Positions 21,346 to 29,706 of a stretch of 64,000 nt of DNA are shown one piece after another. Within the stretch, counting starts at the first letter, position 1. Each line of letters opens with the position of its first letter. The position numbers and the translations under genes were made by a program. The notes under the pieces were generated by a model that made no database searches, was not told where the DNA came from, and saw only the letters and a program-made list of their open reading frames with translations. The DNA is from an uncultured Chloroflexia bacterium (GTDB lineage: Bacteria > Chloroflexota > Limnocylindria > Limnocylindrales > CSP1-4): contig CAVVCZ010000004.1 in assembly GCA_963746845.1 (NCBI GenBank), positions 1,024,001-1,088,000 on the forward strand, written 5' to 3'.

Positions 21346-21370
21346 GTCGTTTGACGCGCCCGGCGCATGA
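21346..21370. repeat. Single copy of the GTCGTTTGACGC repeat end
   Basis: GTCGTTTGACGCGCCCGGCGCATGA closely matches the reverse complement of 6393-6417. Confidence 0.35.
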
Positions 21371-21397
21371 ACCGCGGCGTTCGAGCGCCGATCAGGC

Positions 21398-22711
21398 TCA
21401 TCCGGCCACCGCCGGCGTCCGGTGGCGGATCGGCCGCCAGGCCCGCTCGATCGTCTGCGTCCGCTCCGGGCCGACCGACACCAGCACGATCGGGGCCCCG
21501 GCGTGGTCCTCGAGCGCCGTCACGTAGCGCCGGGCGGCGTCCGGCAGTCCGGACAGCGAGCGGACGTCGTGGATCGGCTCGCTCCAGCCGGGGAACTCCT
21601 CGTAGATCGGCGTCGCGCGCGCGAGGAGGTCCGCCGACGACGGCCACGCCTCGACCCGCCGTCCGTCGAGCTCGTACGCGACGCACAGGCGGATCGGGTC
21701 GACGCCGGACAGGATGTCGAGCTTGTTCAGCATGATCGAGCTGACGCTGTTGATCGCGACGGCGAAACGGGCGGACACCGCGTCGAACCAGCCCACCCGG
21801 CGGGGCCGGCCGGTCGTCGTCCCGACCTCGTGACCGCGCTCGGCGATCCCCGCGCCCACCGTGTCCAGGAGCTCGGTCGGGAACGGGCCGGACCCGACCC
21901 GCGTCGCATAGGCCTTCATCACGCCGAAGACCTCGTCGACCTGGCGCGGCCCGATCCCGCCACCCGTGCACGCCCCGCCGGCGACCGGCGACGACGAGGT
22001 CACGTACGGATACGAGCCGTGGTCGAGGTCGAGGAGCGTGCCCTGGGCACCCTCGAGCAGCACGTGGTCCCCGCGCGCGAGGGCGTCCTGGACGAGCCAC
22101 GTGGCGTCGACGAGGTGCGGCTCGAGCCGGCGGCCCCAGCCCAGCGCCCCCTCGACCAGCGCGTCCACCTCGAACCGCGCCTCGGCGCCGAGCGCCGCGA
22201 GGAGCGCGTTCTTCTCGGGAACCGTCCGCTCGAGCTTCGTCCGGAGCGCCGCCTCGTCCAGCAGGTCCTCGAGCCGGACGCCGGCGCGCGACGCCCGGTC
22301 CTCGTACGCAGGCCCGATCCCGCGGCCCGTCGTCCCGACCTTCGCCCCCGCGAGCCGCGTCTCGCGGGCGACGTCGAGCGCCCGGTGGTACGGGAGGATC
22401 ACGTGTGCCGCGAAGCTCGCCCGGAGCCGCGAGACGTCGATCCCGCGCGAGGCCAGGGTGTCGAGCTCGTCGATCAGCGTGGCCGGGTTGACGACGACTC
22501 CGGGCCCGATGACCGGCACGATGTGCGGGTAGAGGATGCCCGACGGCACGAGGTGGAGCTTGAACACCTCGTCCCCGAGCATCAGCGTGTGGCCCGCGTT
22601 GTCGCCGCCCTGGTAGCGGACGACGAGCGCCGTCTGTTCGGCGAGGAAGTCGGTCGTCTTGCCCTTGCCCTCGTCGCCCCACTGGAGCCCGACGACCACG
22701 GTCGCCGGCAC
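21398..22711 (-). CDS. purA: Adenylosuccinate synthetase
   Basis: QWGDEGKGK, GGDNAGHT, GTTGRGIGP, EGAQG, GTTTGRPRR; GTG start at 22711. Confidence 0.97.
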   Translation of the reverse strand: MPATVVVGLQWGDEGKGKTTDFLAEQTALVVRYQGGDNAGHTLMLGDEVFKLHLVPSGILYPHIVPVIGPGVVVNPATLIDELDTLASRGIDVSRLRASFAAHVILPYHRALDVARETRLAGAKVGTTGRGIGPAYEDRASRAGVRLEDLLDEAALRTKLERTVPEKNALLAALGAEARFEVDALVEGALGWGRRLEPHLVDATWLVQDALARGDHVLLEGAQGTLLDLDHGSYPYVTSSSPVAGGACTGGGIGPRQVDEVFGVMKAYATRVGSGPFPTELLDTVGAGIAERGHEVGTTTGRPRRVGWFDAVSARFAVAINSVSSIMLNKLDILSGVDPIRLCVAYELDGRRVEAWPSSADLLARATPIYEEFPGWSEPIHDVRSLSGLPDAARRYVTALEDHAGAPIVLVSVGPERTQTIERAWRPIRHRTPAVAG

Positions 22712-22751
22712 TACCCGCCCACCCGATCGCGGACGGCGGGAACGCGGCCAA

Positions 22752-22783
22752 CAAAAAGGCCCCGGGCCGTTGGGCCGGGGACC
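22752..22783 (-). terminator. Intrinsic terminator upstream of purA
   Basis: Minus strand GGTCCCCGGCCC-aac-GGCCCGGGGCC followed by TTTTTGTT. Confidence 0.65.
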
Positions 22784-22933
22784 GACTGGATAGACGTCTC
22801 CCGCAGCGCGTCGCCGATGCGACGCCGGAGCGGTTCGAAGACCCGTCGTCGCCTCACTGGACGAGCCACGCGCCTTCCTCGGGCAACGGCCGTTCTCCTT
22901 CTGGCGGGCGAGGCCCGCGGGTCGTTCGAGGAC
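22752..22933 (-). ncRNA. Rod-like structured RNA, candidate 6S RNA
   Basis: -10 TATACT at 22945-22940; long interrupted helix (CCCGCGG/CTGCGGG, TCGCC/GGCGA, CGTTGCC/GGCGACG) with an internal bubble; 3' strand GCGACGAC..TTCGAACC..CTGCGG resembles the 6S 3' strand; about 180 nt including the terminator. Confidence 0.45.
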
Positions 22934-23060
22934 GGGGCGAGTATAGCAGCGGGACCCGTTCGACCGGAGACCCCGCCGGGGCCGGGTGGGACGTTCGGTC
23001 GCGGATCGGGGTACCTCCGGCGGGGCCGTCCGGAAGGACCCGACCCTTAGCCTGTGGGGC

Positions 23061-24644
23061 GTGACGCGCCTGCTGGGGGCCCTGGCTCTCCTTGCCTTGT
23101 TCGGGCTGATCGCCGCCCTTGTCGCCGTGCCCACGGCGACCGACTCGTGGTTCGATGGCGGGATCCGATCGATCATGGCCGCGGTCATCGCGGGGCTGGT
23201 CGGCGTGATGATGACGGCCCTCCTCGTCTTCATCTACGCGCGCTTCCGTCTGCCCCGTCTCGTGAAGGCCGCCGAGCGGATGGCGGACGGTGAGCTCGGC
23301 GTCAGCGTGGGCTCGAAGCCGAGCGGCGGCGGGCTCGAGGGGCGGCTCGCGCGGGCCCTCGATCGTCTGTCGGTCGCGCTCGTCGAGACGACGGATGCCG
23401 CGACGATGGACCGGCTCACGGGCGTCAGCAACCGCGCCACGCTGCTCGCGGCGCTGTTCGCGGAGGTCGAGCGGTCGAACCGCTACGAGCGGCCGCTGTC
23501 GGTCGCGTTCGTCGACATCGACCACTTCAAGGCCGTGAACGACTCCTACGGGCACGCCGCGGGCGACGTCGTGCTGCGCGGCGTGGCCCAGGCGATCAAG
23601 ACGAACCTCCGGACCTCGGACTCGATCGGCCGGTACGGCGGCGAGGAGTTCATGCTTCTCCTGACCGAGACCGACATCGAGGAGGGGGCGGTCCTCACCG
23701 AGAAGCTCCGCAACCTCGTCGCCCGCCAGCGCTTCGCGATCGGCCCCGACCAGGAGATCAGCGTCACGATCTCCATCGGGATCGCCGGTGGCGGCGGCGG
23801 TCTCCTCCGGACGGACACGCTCGTGCGGGACGCGGACGCGGCGATGTACTCGGCGAAGTCGCTCGGGCGCAACCAGACGTACGTGTTCGCGGAGCCGGAC
23901 GAGGACGCCCGCGTCCCGCGGGCCCCGATCTCGCCGGCCGGCCGGGCGCTCGCGGTCGAGGTCGGCCGGGCCGCACGCGACGCCGCGACCGCGAGCCTGA
24001 CGTCGGTGATCGCCCCGCTCCCCCACTATCGCGGCCAGCCGTCTCCCCTGATCGCCTCGATCGTCACGATCATGGCCGGCAGCCTCGACCTGCCGGAGGG
24101 CGAGGTCGACCGGATCCGGGTGGCCGCGCTCCTGCACGACGTGGGCAAGGTCGCGGTGCCACAGGACATCCTCGACAAGCCGTCGGCGCTCACGAGCACC
24201 GAATGGCGGACGGTCGTCCAGCACCCCCGGATCGGCCAGGTGATCCTCGAGCAGGCGGCCGCCCTCAAGGAGGCCGTCCCGATCATCCTCCACCACCACG
24301 AGCGCTACTCCGGCCACGGCTATCCATTCGGGCTCCGTGGCAACGACATCCCGCTCGGCGCGCGGATCGTGGCCATCGCCGACGCCTACGACGCGATGAC
24401 CCACGACCGGCCGTACAAGCGGGCGATCGGCCACGACGACGCCGTCAAGGAGCTCCGCCGCCACGCCGGCACCCAGTTCGACCCGGAGCTCGTCACGCTG
24501 TTCTGCGACCTGTTCGCGAACCAGGCCCCGTCGCCCGACCCGACCGTCCTCGCGATCACCGAGGCGCCGGCCGCGTTCGAGGTCGCCCACCGCCGCCGCC
24601 GGCGTCGCCCGTCCGCGGGCGGAACCGGGTCCGCCGCCAGCTGA
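23061..24644 (+). CDS. Membrane HAMP-GGDEF-HD-GYP c-di-GMP enzyme
   Basis: Two TM helices, HAMP, DIDHFKAVND, RTSD (I-site) before RYGGEEF, LLHDVGK, HHERYSGHGYP. Confidence 0.92.
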   Translation: MTRLLGALALLALFGLIAALVAVPTATDSWFDGGIRSIMAAVIAGLVGVMMTALLVFIYARFRLPRLVKAAERMADGELGVSVGSKPSGGGLEGRLARALDRLSVALVETTDAATMDRLTGVSNRATLLAALFAEVERSNRYERPLSVAFVDIDHFKAVNDSYGHAAGDVVLRGVAQAIKTNLRTSDSIGRYGGEEFMLLLTETDIEEGAVLTEKLRNLVARQRFAIGPDQEISVTISIGIAGGGGGLLRTDTLVRDADAAMYSAKSLGRNQTYVFAEPDEDARVPRAPISPAGRALAVEVGRAARDAATASLTSVIAPLPHYRGQPSPLIASIVTIMAGSLDLPEGEVDRIRVAALLHDVGKVAVPQDILDKPSALTSTEWRTVVQHPRIGQVILEQAAALKEAVPIILHHHERYSGHGYPFGLRGNDIPLGARIVAIADAYDAMTHDRPYKRAIGHDDAVKELRRHAGTQFDPELVTLFCDLFANQAPSPDPTVLAITEAPAAFEVAHRRRRRRPSAGGTGSAAS

Positions 24645-24983
24645 CGGTCCCGCGGCGCCGTCTCACGGTCGGCGCCCGCGCGCGCGGGTGATCCGGAGGT
24701 GAGCGGGCCATAACCATGCGCAAAGGGTCCCCTGCTAGGGTCCACTTGCCCGCCAGGCATCAGCCGGCTCCGCCGAGCGAGTTCCGTCCACGGTCCGCCG
24801 ACCCCCGATGGTCCGAGGACTCGCCGGATGGCCCGACCGCCGGGGCCGGCGCCTTCCCTCCGCCGAGCCAGACCCGCCGATTGCCCGCCGTGTCGTGCCG
24901 CCGATCGGCCGCGGAAGCGGCCGAAGTTGAACGCAGGGTCGCCCGACCGATCGTCGGGCCGACCGAGAAGGAGTACGCGGACC

Positions 24984-25454
24984 GTGAACAAGGTCCTGTT
25001 GACCGGTCGCCTGACGCGCGACCCGGAGATGCGCAGCCTGTCGAGCGGCAAGGCCGTGACGCAGTTCAGCATCGCCACCAACGAGTACATCGGCCAGGGC
25101 AAGGAGAAGGCCGAGTACCACAACATCGTGACGTGGGACCGGCTGGCCCAGACGTGCGGCGAGTTCCTCGGCAAGGGCCAGCAGGTTGCCGTCGAGGGCC
25201 GGATCCAGACCCGCAGCTGGGACGACGATCGCGGCGTCCGGCACTGGAAGACGGAGATCGTCGCGAGCCACGTCGAGATGCTCTCGGGCCGCCGCAAGAA
25301 GGACTACGCGGCGGAGTCGGCGGCGAACGGGCTCGCGGCCCAGGCGGCCGCCTACGGCGACGCGGCCGAGGACGACGGCGAGGCGGCGGCGATCGAGGCC
25401 GCTGCGGAACCGATCCCCGAGGACGAGGAGGTCGAGGCCGTCGTCGCGGCCTGA
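24984..25454 (+). CDS. ssb: Single-stranded DNA-binding protein
   Basis: NKVLLTGRLTRDPE, GQQVAVEGRIQTRSW; GTG start after AAGGAG. Confidence 0.93.
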   Translation: MNKVLLTGRLTRDPEMRSLSSGKAVTQFSIATNEYIGQGKEKAEYHNIVTWDRLAQTCGEFLGKGQQVAVEGRIQTRSWDDDRGVRHWKTEIVASHVEMLSGRRKKDYAAESAANGLAAQAAAYGDAAEDDGEAAAIEAAAEPIPEDEEVEAVVAA

Positions 25455-25564
25455 TCCCCGATCACGATCGTTCCCTCGGACCGGCGGCGGCCCCCCTCCC
25501 GCCGCCGGTCCCTCCTCACGCCGGGCGTGCGGGGCGACCCGCGACCCCGCGAACCCCGTGGCCG

Positions 25565-26683
25565 TCAGGCGAGCTCGTAGAACGCGGCCGCGAGGATCAG
25601 GTAGACGATCACGAGCAGCGCGCCCTCGAGCCAGTTCGACTCGCCGTCGAGGGCGATCAGCGCGCTGATCCCGACGGCCGCCGCGATGGCGGCGACCTCG
25701 AGCGGCAGGAACACGAGGTTCATCTCGTGGCCGGTCAGCACGCCGATCAGCACGAGCACGGGCGCCACGAACAGGGCGACCTGGAGGCTCGCGCCGTACG
25801 ACACGGCCATCGAGAACTCCATCTTGTTCTTGAACGCGAGCTGGACGGCGACGAGCTGCTCGGCGAGGTTGCCGATCACGGGCAGGATCACCACACCGAC
25901 GAAGAACGTCGTGAGGCCGAGCGTGTTCACGACCGGCTCGATCGCCCCGACGAGGATCTCGGAGAGCACGGCCAGCAGGACGGCGGCGCCGACGAGCACG
26001 ACGGTAGCCTCCCGGCCGGTCCAGCCGCGGCGGGTGTCCGGCCCGCGCGCCTCGTGGCCGCCGAGCGTCGTCGCCGGGTTCGTGAACTGGTACACGAGCG
26101 ACAGTCCGTAGCCGACGATCAGGAAGATCGAGACGAGCACGGAGTCCTCGACGACGCTTCCCGAGCTCGTCGGCGTGCTGAACGCGAGCACGGCCGGGAT
26201 CAGCAGCCCGATCACGGCCAGGACGAGCAGCGCGGCGTTCGATCCGGCGACCTCGCGGCTGAACGTCTGGCGACCGTTCCTGATCCCGCCGACGAGCACG
26301 CTCAACCCGAGGACAAGCAGCAGGTTGCCGATGATCGAACCGGTCAGGCTCGCCTTCACGACGTCGATCAGGCCCTCCTGGAGCGCAAAGAAGGCGATGA
26401 TCAGCTCGGCGATGTTGCCGAACGTCGCGTTGAGGATCCCCCCGACCTGCGGGCCGGTGATCTCCCCGAGCCGCTCGGTCGCCTGGCCGATGAGCGAGGC
26501 CAGGCCGAGGATCGACAGGGCCGACAGCCCGAAGACCAGCGTCGGCTCGAGGTCCGGGTTCAGGGTGTGGCCGGCGATCGTCACGATCGCCAGGGCAAGG
26601 ACGAAGAGCATCGTGCCGCGCGCCAGCCGCGACATGGCCCCGATGATCGGGAGGCGACGCGGGGTCACGGTCGGCTCAGTCAT
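25565..26683 (-). CDS. cax: Ca2+/H+ exchanger (CAX family)
   Basis: NATFGNIAELI, GSIIGNLLL, GNLAE, GASLQVALF, SNWLEG. Confidence 0.93.
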   Translation of the reverse strand: MTEPTVTPRRLPIIGAMSRLARGTMLFVLALAIVTIAGHTLNPDLEPTLVFGLSALSILGLASLIGQATERLGEITGPQVGGILNATFGNIAELIIAFFALQEGLIDVVKASLTGSIIGNLLLVLGLSVLVGGIRNGRQTFSREVAGSNAALLVLAVIGLLIPAVLAFSTPTSSGSVVEDSVLVSIFLIVGYGLSLVYQFTNPATTLGGHEARGPDTRRGWTGREATVVLVGAAVLLAVLSEILVGAIEPVVNTLGLTTFFVGVVILPVIGNLAEQLVAVQLAFKNKMEFSMAVSYGASLQVALFVAPVLVLIGVLTGHEMNLVFLPLEVAAIAAAVGISALIALDGESNWLEGALLVIVYLILAAAFYELA

Positions 26684-27578
26684 CGGCCGTCGCACCCCGA
26701 TCGGGCGGCCGGTACAGGCGGCGGCGCGACAGCCCGGTCTCGGCGGCGACCTGCCGGGCGGCCTCGCCGCGCGACGTCCCGGCCGCCGCCCGTCGGTCGA
26801 CCTCCGCGAGGGCGGCGACGAGCGGGTCCGTGGCCGCCATGCCGCCGGGAGCGGCGACGGGCAGGGCCGAATCGCGGATCGCCCCGACGACCAGGACGAA
26901 CTCTCCTCGGAGCGTCAGCTCGCCGCTCCGTGCCCGCTCGGCCAGCGTGCCGAGGGACGCGCGGACGATCTCCTCGTGGAGCTTCGTGAGCTCGCGACAG
27001 GCCGCGGCCGGCCGGTCTGCTCCGCACACTGCGGCCAGGTCGACCAGCGTGGCGGCGACCCGGTTCGGCGCCTCGAACAGCACCGAGCCCCGCGGGTCTG
27101 CGGCGATCCGGCCGAGCCGCTCCCGGCGCTCGCGCCCGGAGCGTGGCAGGAACCCCTCGAACGACCAGCGCGGACCGGCGATCCCGGAGCCGGCCACGGC
27201 CGCCAGCACCGCGGACGCCCCGGGGATCGGCACCACCGTCCCGCCCTCGCCGCTCCATGCGGCGACGAGGTCGTCGCCGGGATCGCTGACGCCGGGCGTC
27301 CCGGCGTCCGTCACGAGCGCGACGTCCTCGCCGCCCCGGAGGCGGCCCAGCAGCTCCACCGTCCGGCGCGGCCCGCTCCGGACGTGATAGCTGATCGTCC
27401 GCGTCGAGATCCCGTGGCGGTCGAGCAGGCGCCGCGTCAGCCGGGTGTCCTCGGCCGCGATCACGGACACCGCCCGCAGCACGTCCACGGCCCGGATGGT
27501 CATGTCGGCGAGGTTCCCGATCGGCGTCGCCACGACGAACAGCCGGCCCGGGGTGACGTCGCCGGGTGCGCGGGTCAC
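26676..27578 (-). CDS. rsmI: 16S rRNA C1402 2'-O-methyltransferase
   Basis: VATPIGNL, AAEDTR, TDAGTPGVSDPG, FEGFLP, RELTKLHEE. Confidence 0.96.
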   Translation of the reverse strand: MTRAPGDVTPGRLFVVATPIGNLADMTIRAVDVLRAVSVIAAEDTRLTRRLLDRHGISTRTISYHVRSGPRRTVELLGRLRGGEDVALVTDAGTPGVSDPGDDLVAAWSGEGGTVVPIPGASAVLAAVAGSGIAGPRWSFEGFLPRSGRERRERLGRIAADPRGSVLFEAPNRVAATLVDLAAVCGADRPAAACRELTKLHEEIVRASLGTLAERARSGELTLRGEFVLVVGAIRDSALPVAAPGGMAATDPLVAALAEVDRRAAAGTSRGEAARQVAAETGLSRRRLYRPPDRGATADD

Positions 27579-28456
27579 TGCCGCGCGGAGCCGGGTCGCC
27601 GCCGCGGGTACAGGTAGTCGACACCGGCGGTCCGCGGACCGAGCTTTGCGATCGGCGGGACCTGGCGCTTGAACTCGGACGTCGCGATCATCCGGTCGAC
27701 CCGCGCGACGAGGTCGAGATCGAAGCCGAGCGCCGCCATCTCGTCGTCGGACCGGCGGTGGTCGACCCGCCAGTACAGCAGCCGGTCGAGGACCGGGTAC
27801 GAGAAGCCCGCCTCGGCCTCATCGGTCTGGCCCGGCCACAGGTCGGCGGACGGCGCCTTGCGGATGATCGCCTCCGGCACGCCGATCGCCGCCGACACCT
27901 GGCGGACCTGGCTCTTGTACAGGTCGCCGATCGGGTTGAAGGCGCATGCCGAGTCACCGAAGAGGGTCGTGTAGCCGATCAGGGACTCGGTTTTGTTGCC
28001 GGTCCCGACGACGAGCCCGCCCCACGTGACCGAGCGGTCGTACAGGACGATCATCCGCTGACGGGCCATGACGTTGCCGCGCCGGATCGGCGATGCGTCC
28101 GGCGTCGGGTCGAAGAACGCATCGACCATCGGGCTGATGTCGACCGTCTCGCTCGCGGTGCCGAGGCGCCGGACGACCTCTGCGGCGTCCTCGCGCGATG
28201 CGTCGGCAGAGCTCCGATACGGCATCAGGACGCACAGCAGCCGCTCCGGGCCGATCGCCTCCGCGACGAGGTACGCGACCAGGGCCGAGTCGATCCCGCC
28301 CGACAGCCCGAGCACCGCCCGCTCGAACCCCGCCTGACGAAGCTGCCCGCGGATGAACTCGCCGATGACCCGCCGGGCGATGTCCGTGTCGATCGCCAGT
28401 TCGTCGGGCAGCTCGAACAGCGGGTCCGGCGTCCGAGCGGCGGTCGCCTCGGTCAC
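27575..28456 (-). CDS. nadE: NAD+ synthetase (synthetase subunit)
   Basis: LSGGIDS, GNVMARQRM, GTGNKTE, GYTTLFGD, PSADLWPGQTDE. Confidence 0.95.
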   Translation of the reverse strand: MTEATAARTPDPLFELPDELAIDTDIARRVIGEFIRGQLRQAGFERAVLGLSGGIDSALVAYLVAEAIGPERLLCVLMPYRSSADASREDAAEVVRRLGTASETVDISPMVDAFFDPTPDASPIRRGNVMARQRMIVLYDRSVTWGGLVVGTGNKTESLIGYTTLFGDSACAFNPIGDLYKSQVRQVSAAIGVPEAIIRKAPSADLWPGQTDEAEAGFSYPVLDRLLYWRVDHRRSDDEMAALGFDLDLVARVDRMIATSEFKRQVPPIAKLGPRTAGVDYLYPRRRPGSARQ

Positions 28457-29430
28457 GGGCGCACCTCCTCGGTCGCCTCACGGAACCCGATCGGCTCGTG
28501 GATCGGCTCGCCCGGCGCGACATCGAGACCAGCCTCCGCGAGATCGTCGGCGGTCGAATCCGAGGCGAGCCCGGCCCGCTCGGCGACGATCCGGGTCAGC
28601 TCGCGGACCTGGAGCTCCGGGCGCTCGTCGCGCAGGAGCGGCAGGGACAGCCGCTCACGACGGAGATCGGCGAGCGGGACATCGACGGTGAACAGCCCCT
28701 CCTCGAAGAACGGGGCGCTGAACAGCGCCTGGCCGTTCGGGGCGATCACCTCCGACCCACCCCAGAACGAGATCGATTCGTCGACCCCGACCCGGTTGCA
28801 GAAGATCACGACCGACGTCGTCAGCTGCGCGTAGGTCCGCATCAGCGTCCGCCACGAGGTCGCCGTCCCGAGCCCGACCTCGTTCGTCGCCGCGAGGTCG
28901 CGACCGGGCGAGGACGAGACGTTCACGAGGATCTGGGCGCCGTCGAGGGCGAGGAGCTGCGCGACGGTCAGATGCCAGAAGTCCTCGCAGACCGCCAGCC
29001 CGAGGCCGACCCCGATCCGCGACGGCGTTGCCCGCAGGAGATCACCCGCGGCGAAGAACCGCCGCTCGTCGAACAGCCCGTACGTGGGGAGGAAGAGCTT
29101 CCTGTGGACGTGCCGGATCCGGCCGTCCTCGAGGAGCGCCGCGGCGATGAACAGCCGGTGGTCCGCGGATTCCTCGACGAACGACACGATGACCGACAGG
29201 TCACGGGTCGCCGCCGCAAGCCCCGCCAGGCGTGGGTCGTCGAGCCGGATCGCGACCTCCGCGGCCAGGTCCTGGAGCTGGTACCCGGTCAGCCCGAGCT
29301 CCGGGAAGACGACGAGGCCGGCCCCGTGGCCCCGCGCCTCCTCGATGAGCGCGTGATGCCGTTCGAGGTTCGCGTCGAACAGCCCGAGCTGCGGCGCGAT
29401 CTGGGCCAGGGCGACAGTCAGCGTCTGCAC
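28453..29430 (-). CDS. Nitrilase-family C-N hydrolase, likely glutaminase subunit for NadE
   Basis: E-K-C triad (VFPEL, HRKLFLPTYGLFDE, VCED); overlaps the nadE start by 4 nt. Confidence 0.88.
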   Translation of the reverse strand: MQTLTVALAQIAPQLGLFDANLERHHALIEEARGHGAGLVVFPELGLTGYQLQDLAAEVAIRLDDPRLAGLAAATRDLSVIVSFVEESADHRLFIAAALLEDGRIRHVHRKLFLPTYGLFDERRFFAAGDLLRATPSRIGVGLGLAVCEDFWHLTVAQLLALDGAQILVNVSSSPGRDLAATNEVGLGTATSWRTLMRTYAQLTTSVVIFCNRVGVDESISFWGGSEVIAPNGQALFSAPFFEEGLFTVDVPLADLRRERLSLPLLRDERPELQVRELTRIVAERAGLASDSTADDLAEAGLDVAPGEPIHEPIGFREATEEVRP

Positions 29431-29706
29431 GGCCCGAGCATAAACGCTGCGATCGGGGCCGCCCGGCGCGGGCGCCGGGCGGAGGGAGGGACCGCCGGCG
29501 ACAGGGACTCGAGATTCTTTGAACGATCGAGGCCTCTTTCGTGTACCTCCATCCGGGCGTCCCGACCATGGCGACGCTCCATACGCGCGTGCTATCGTGC
29601 GCGGCACCCGCGACCTGCGGCCTGTGGGCCGATCGCGCGCGGAACGGACGCTCCGAGGATCGAATGCGACGCATCCCACCGGAGCCGTTTGAGGAGGAGC
29701 CAGGGC

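Noticed and set aside
24730-24850. ykkC-like riboswitch (CTAGGGT, GTTCCG..TGGTCCGAG) upstream of ssb
   Set aside because: The fragments are not contiguous as in the consensus, the 3' ACAC..ATAAAAG element is missing, and the gene context does not fit.
28498-29706. Apparent 400-aa N-terminal extension of the solute-binding protein (980-aa ORF)
   Set aside because: It overlaps the C-N hydrolase on the other strand; the true start is the ATG at 29707 with SD and lipobox.
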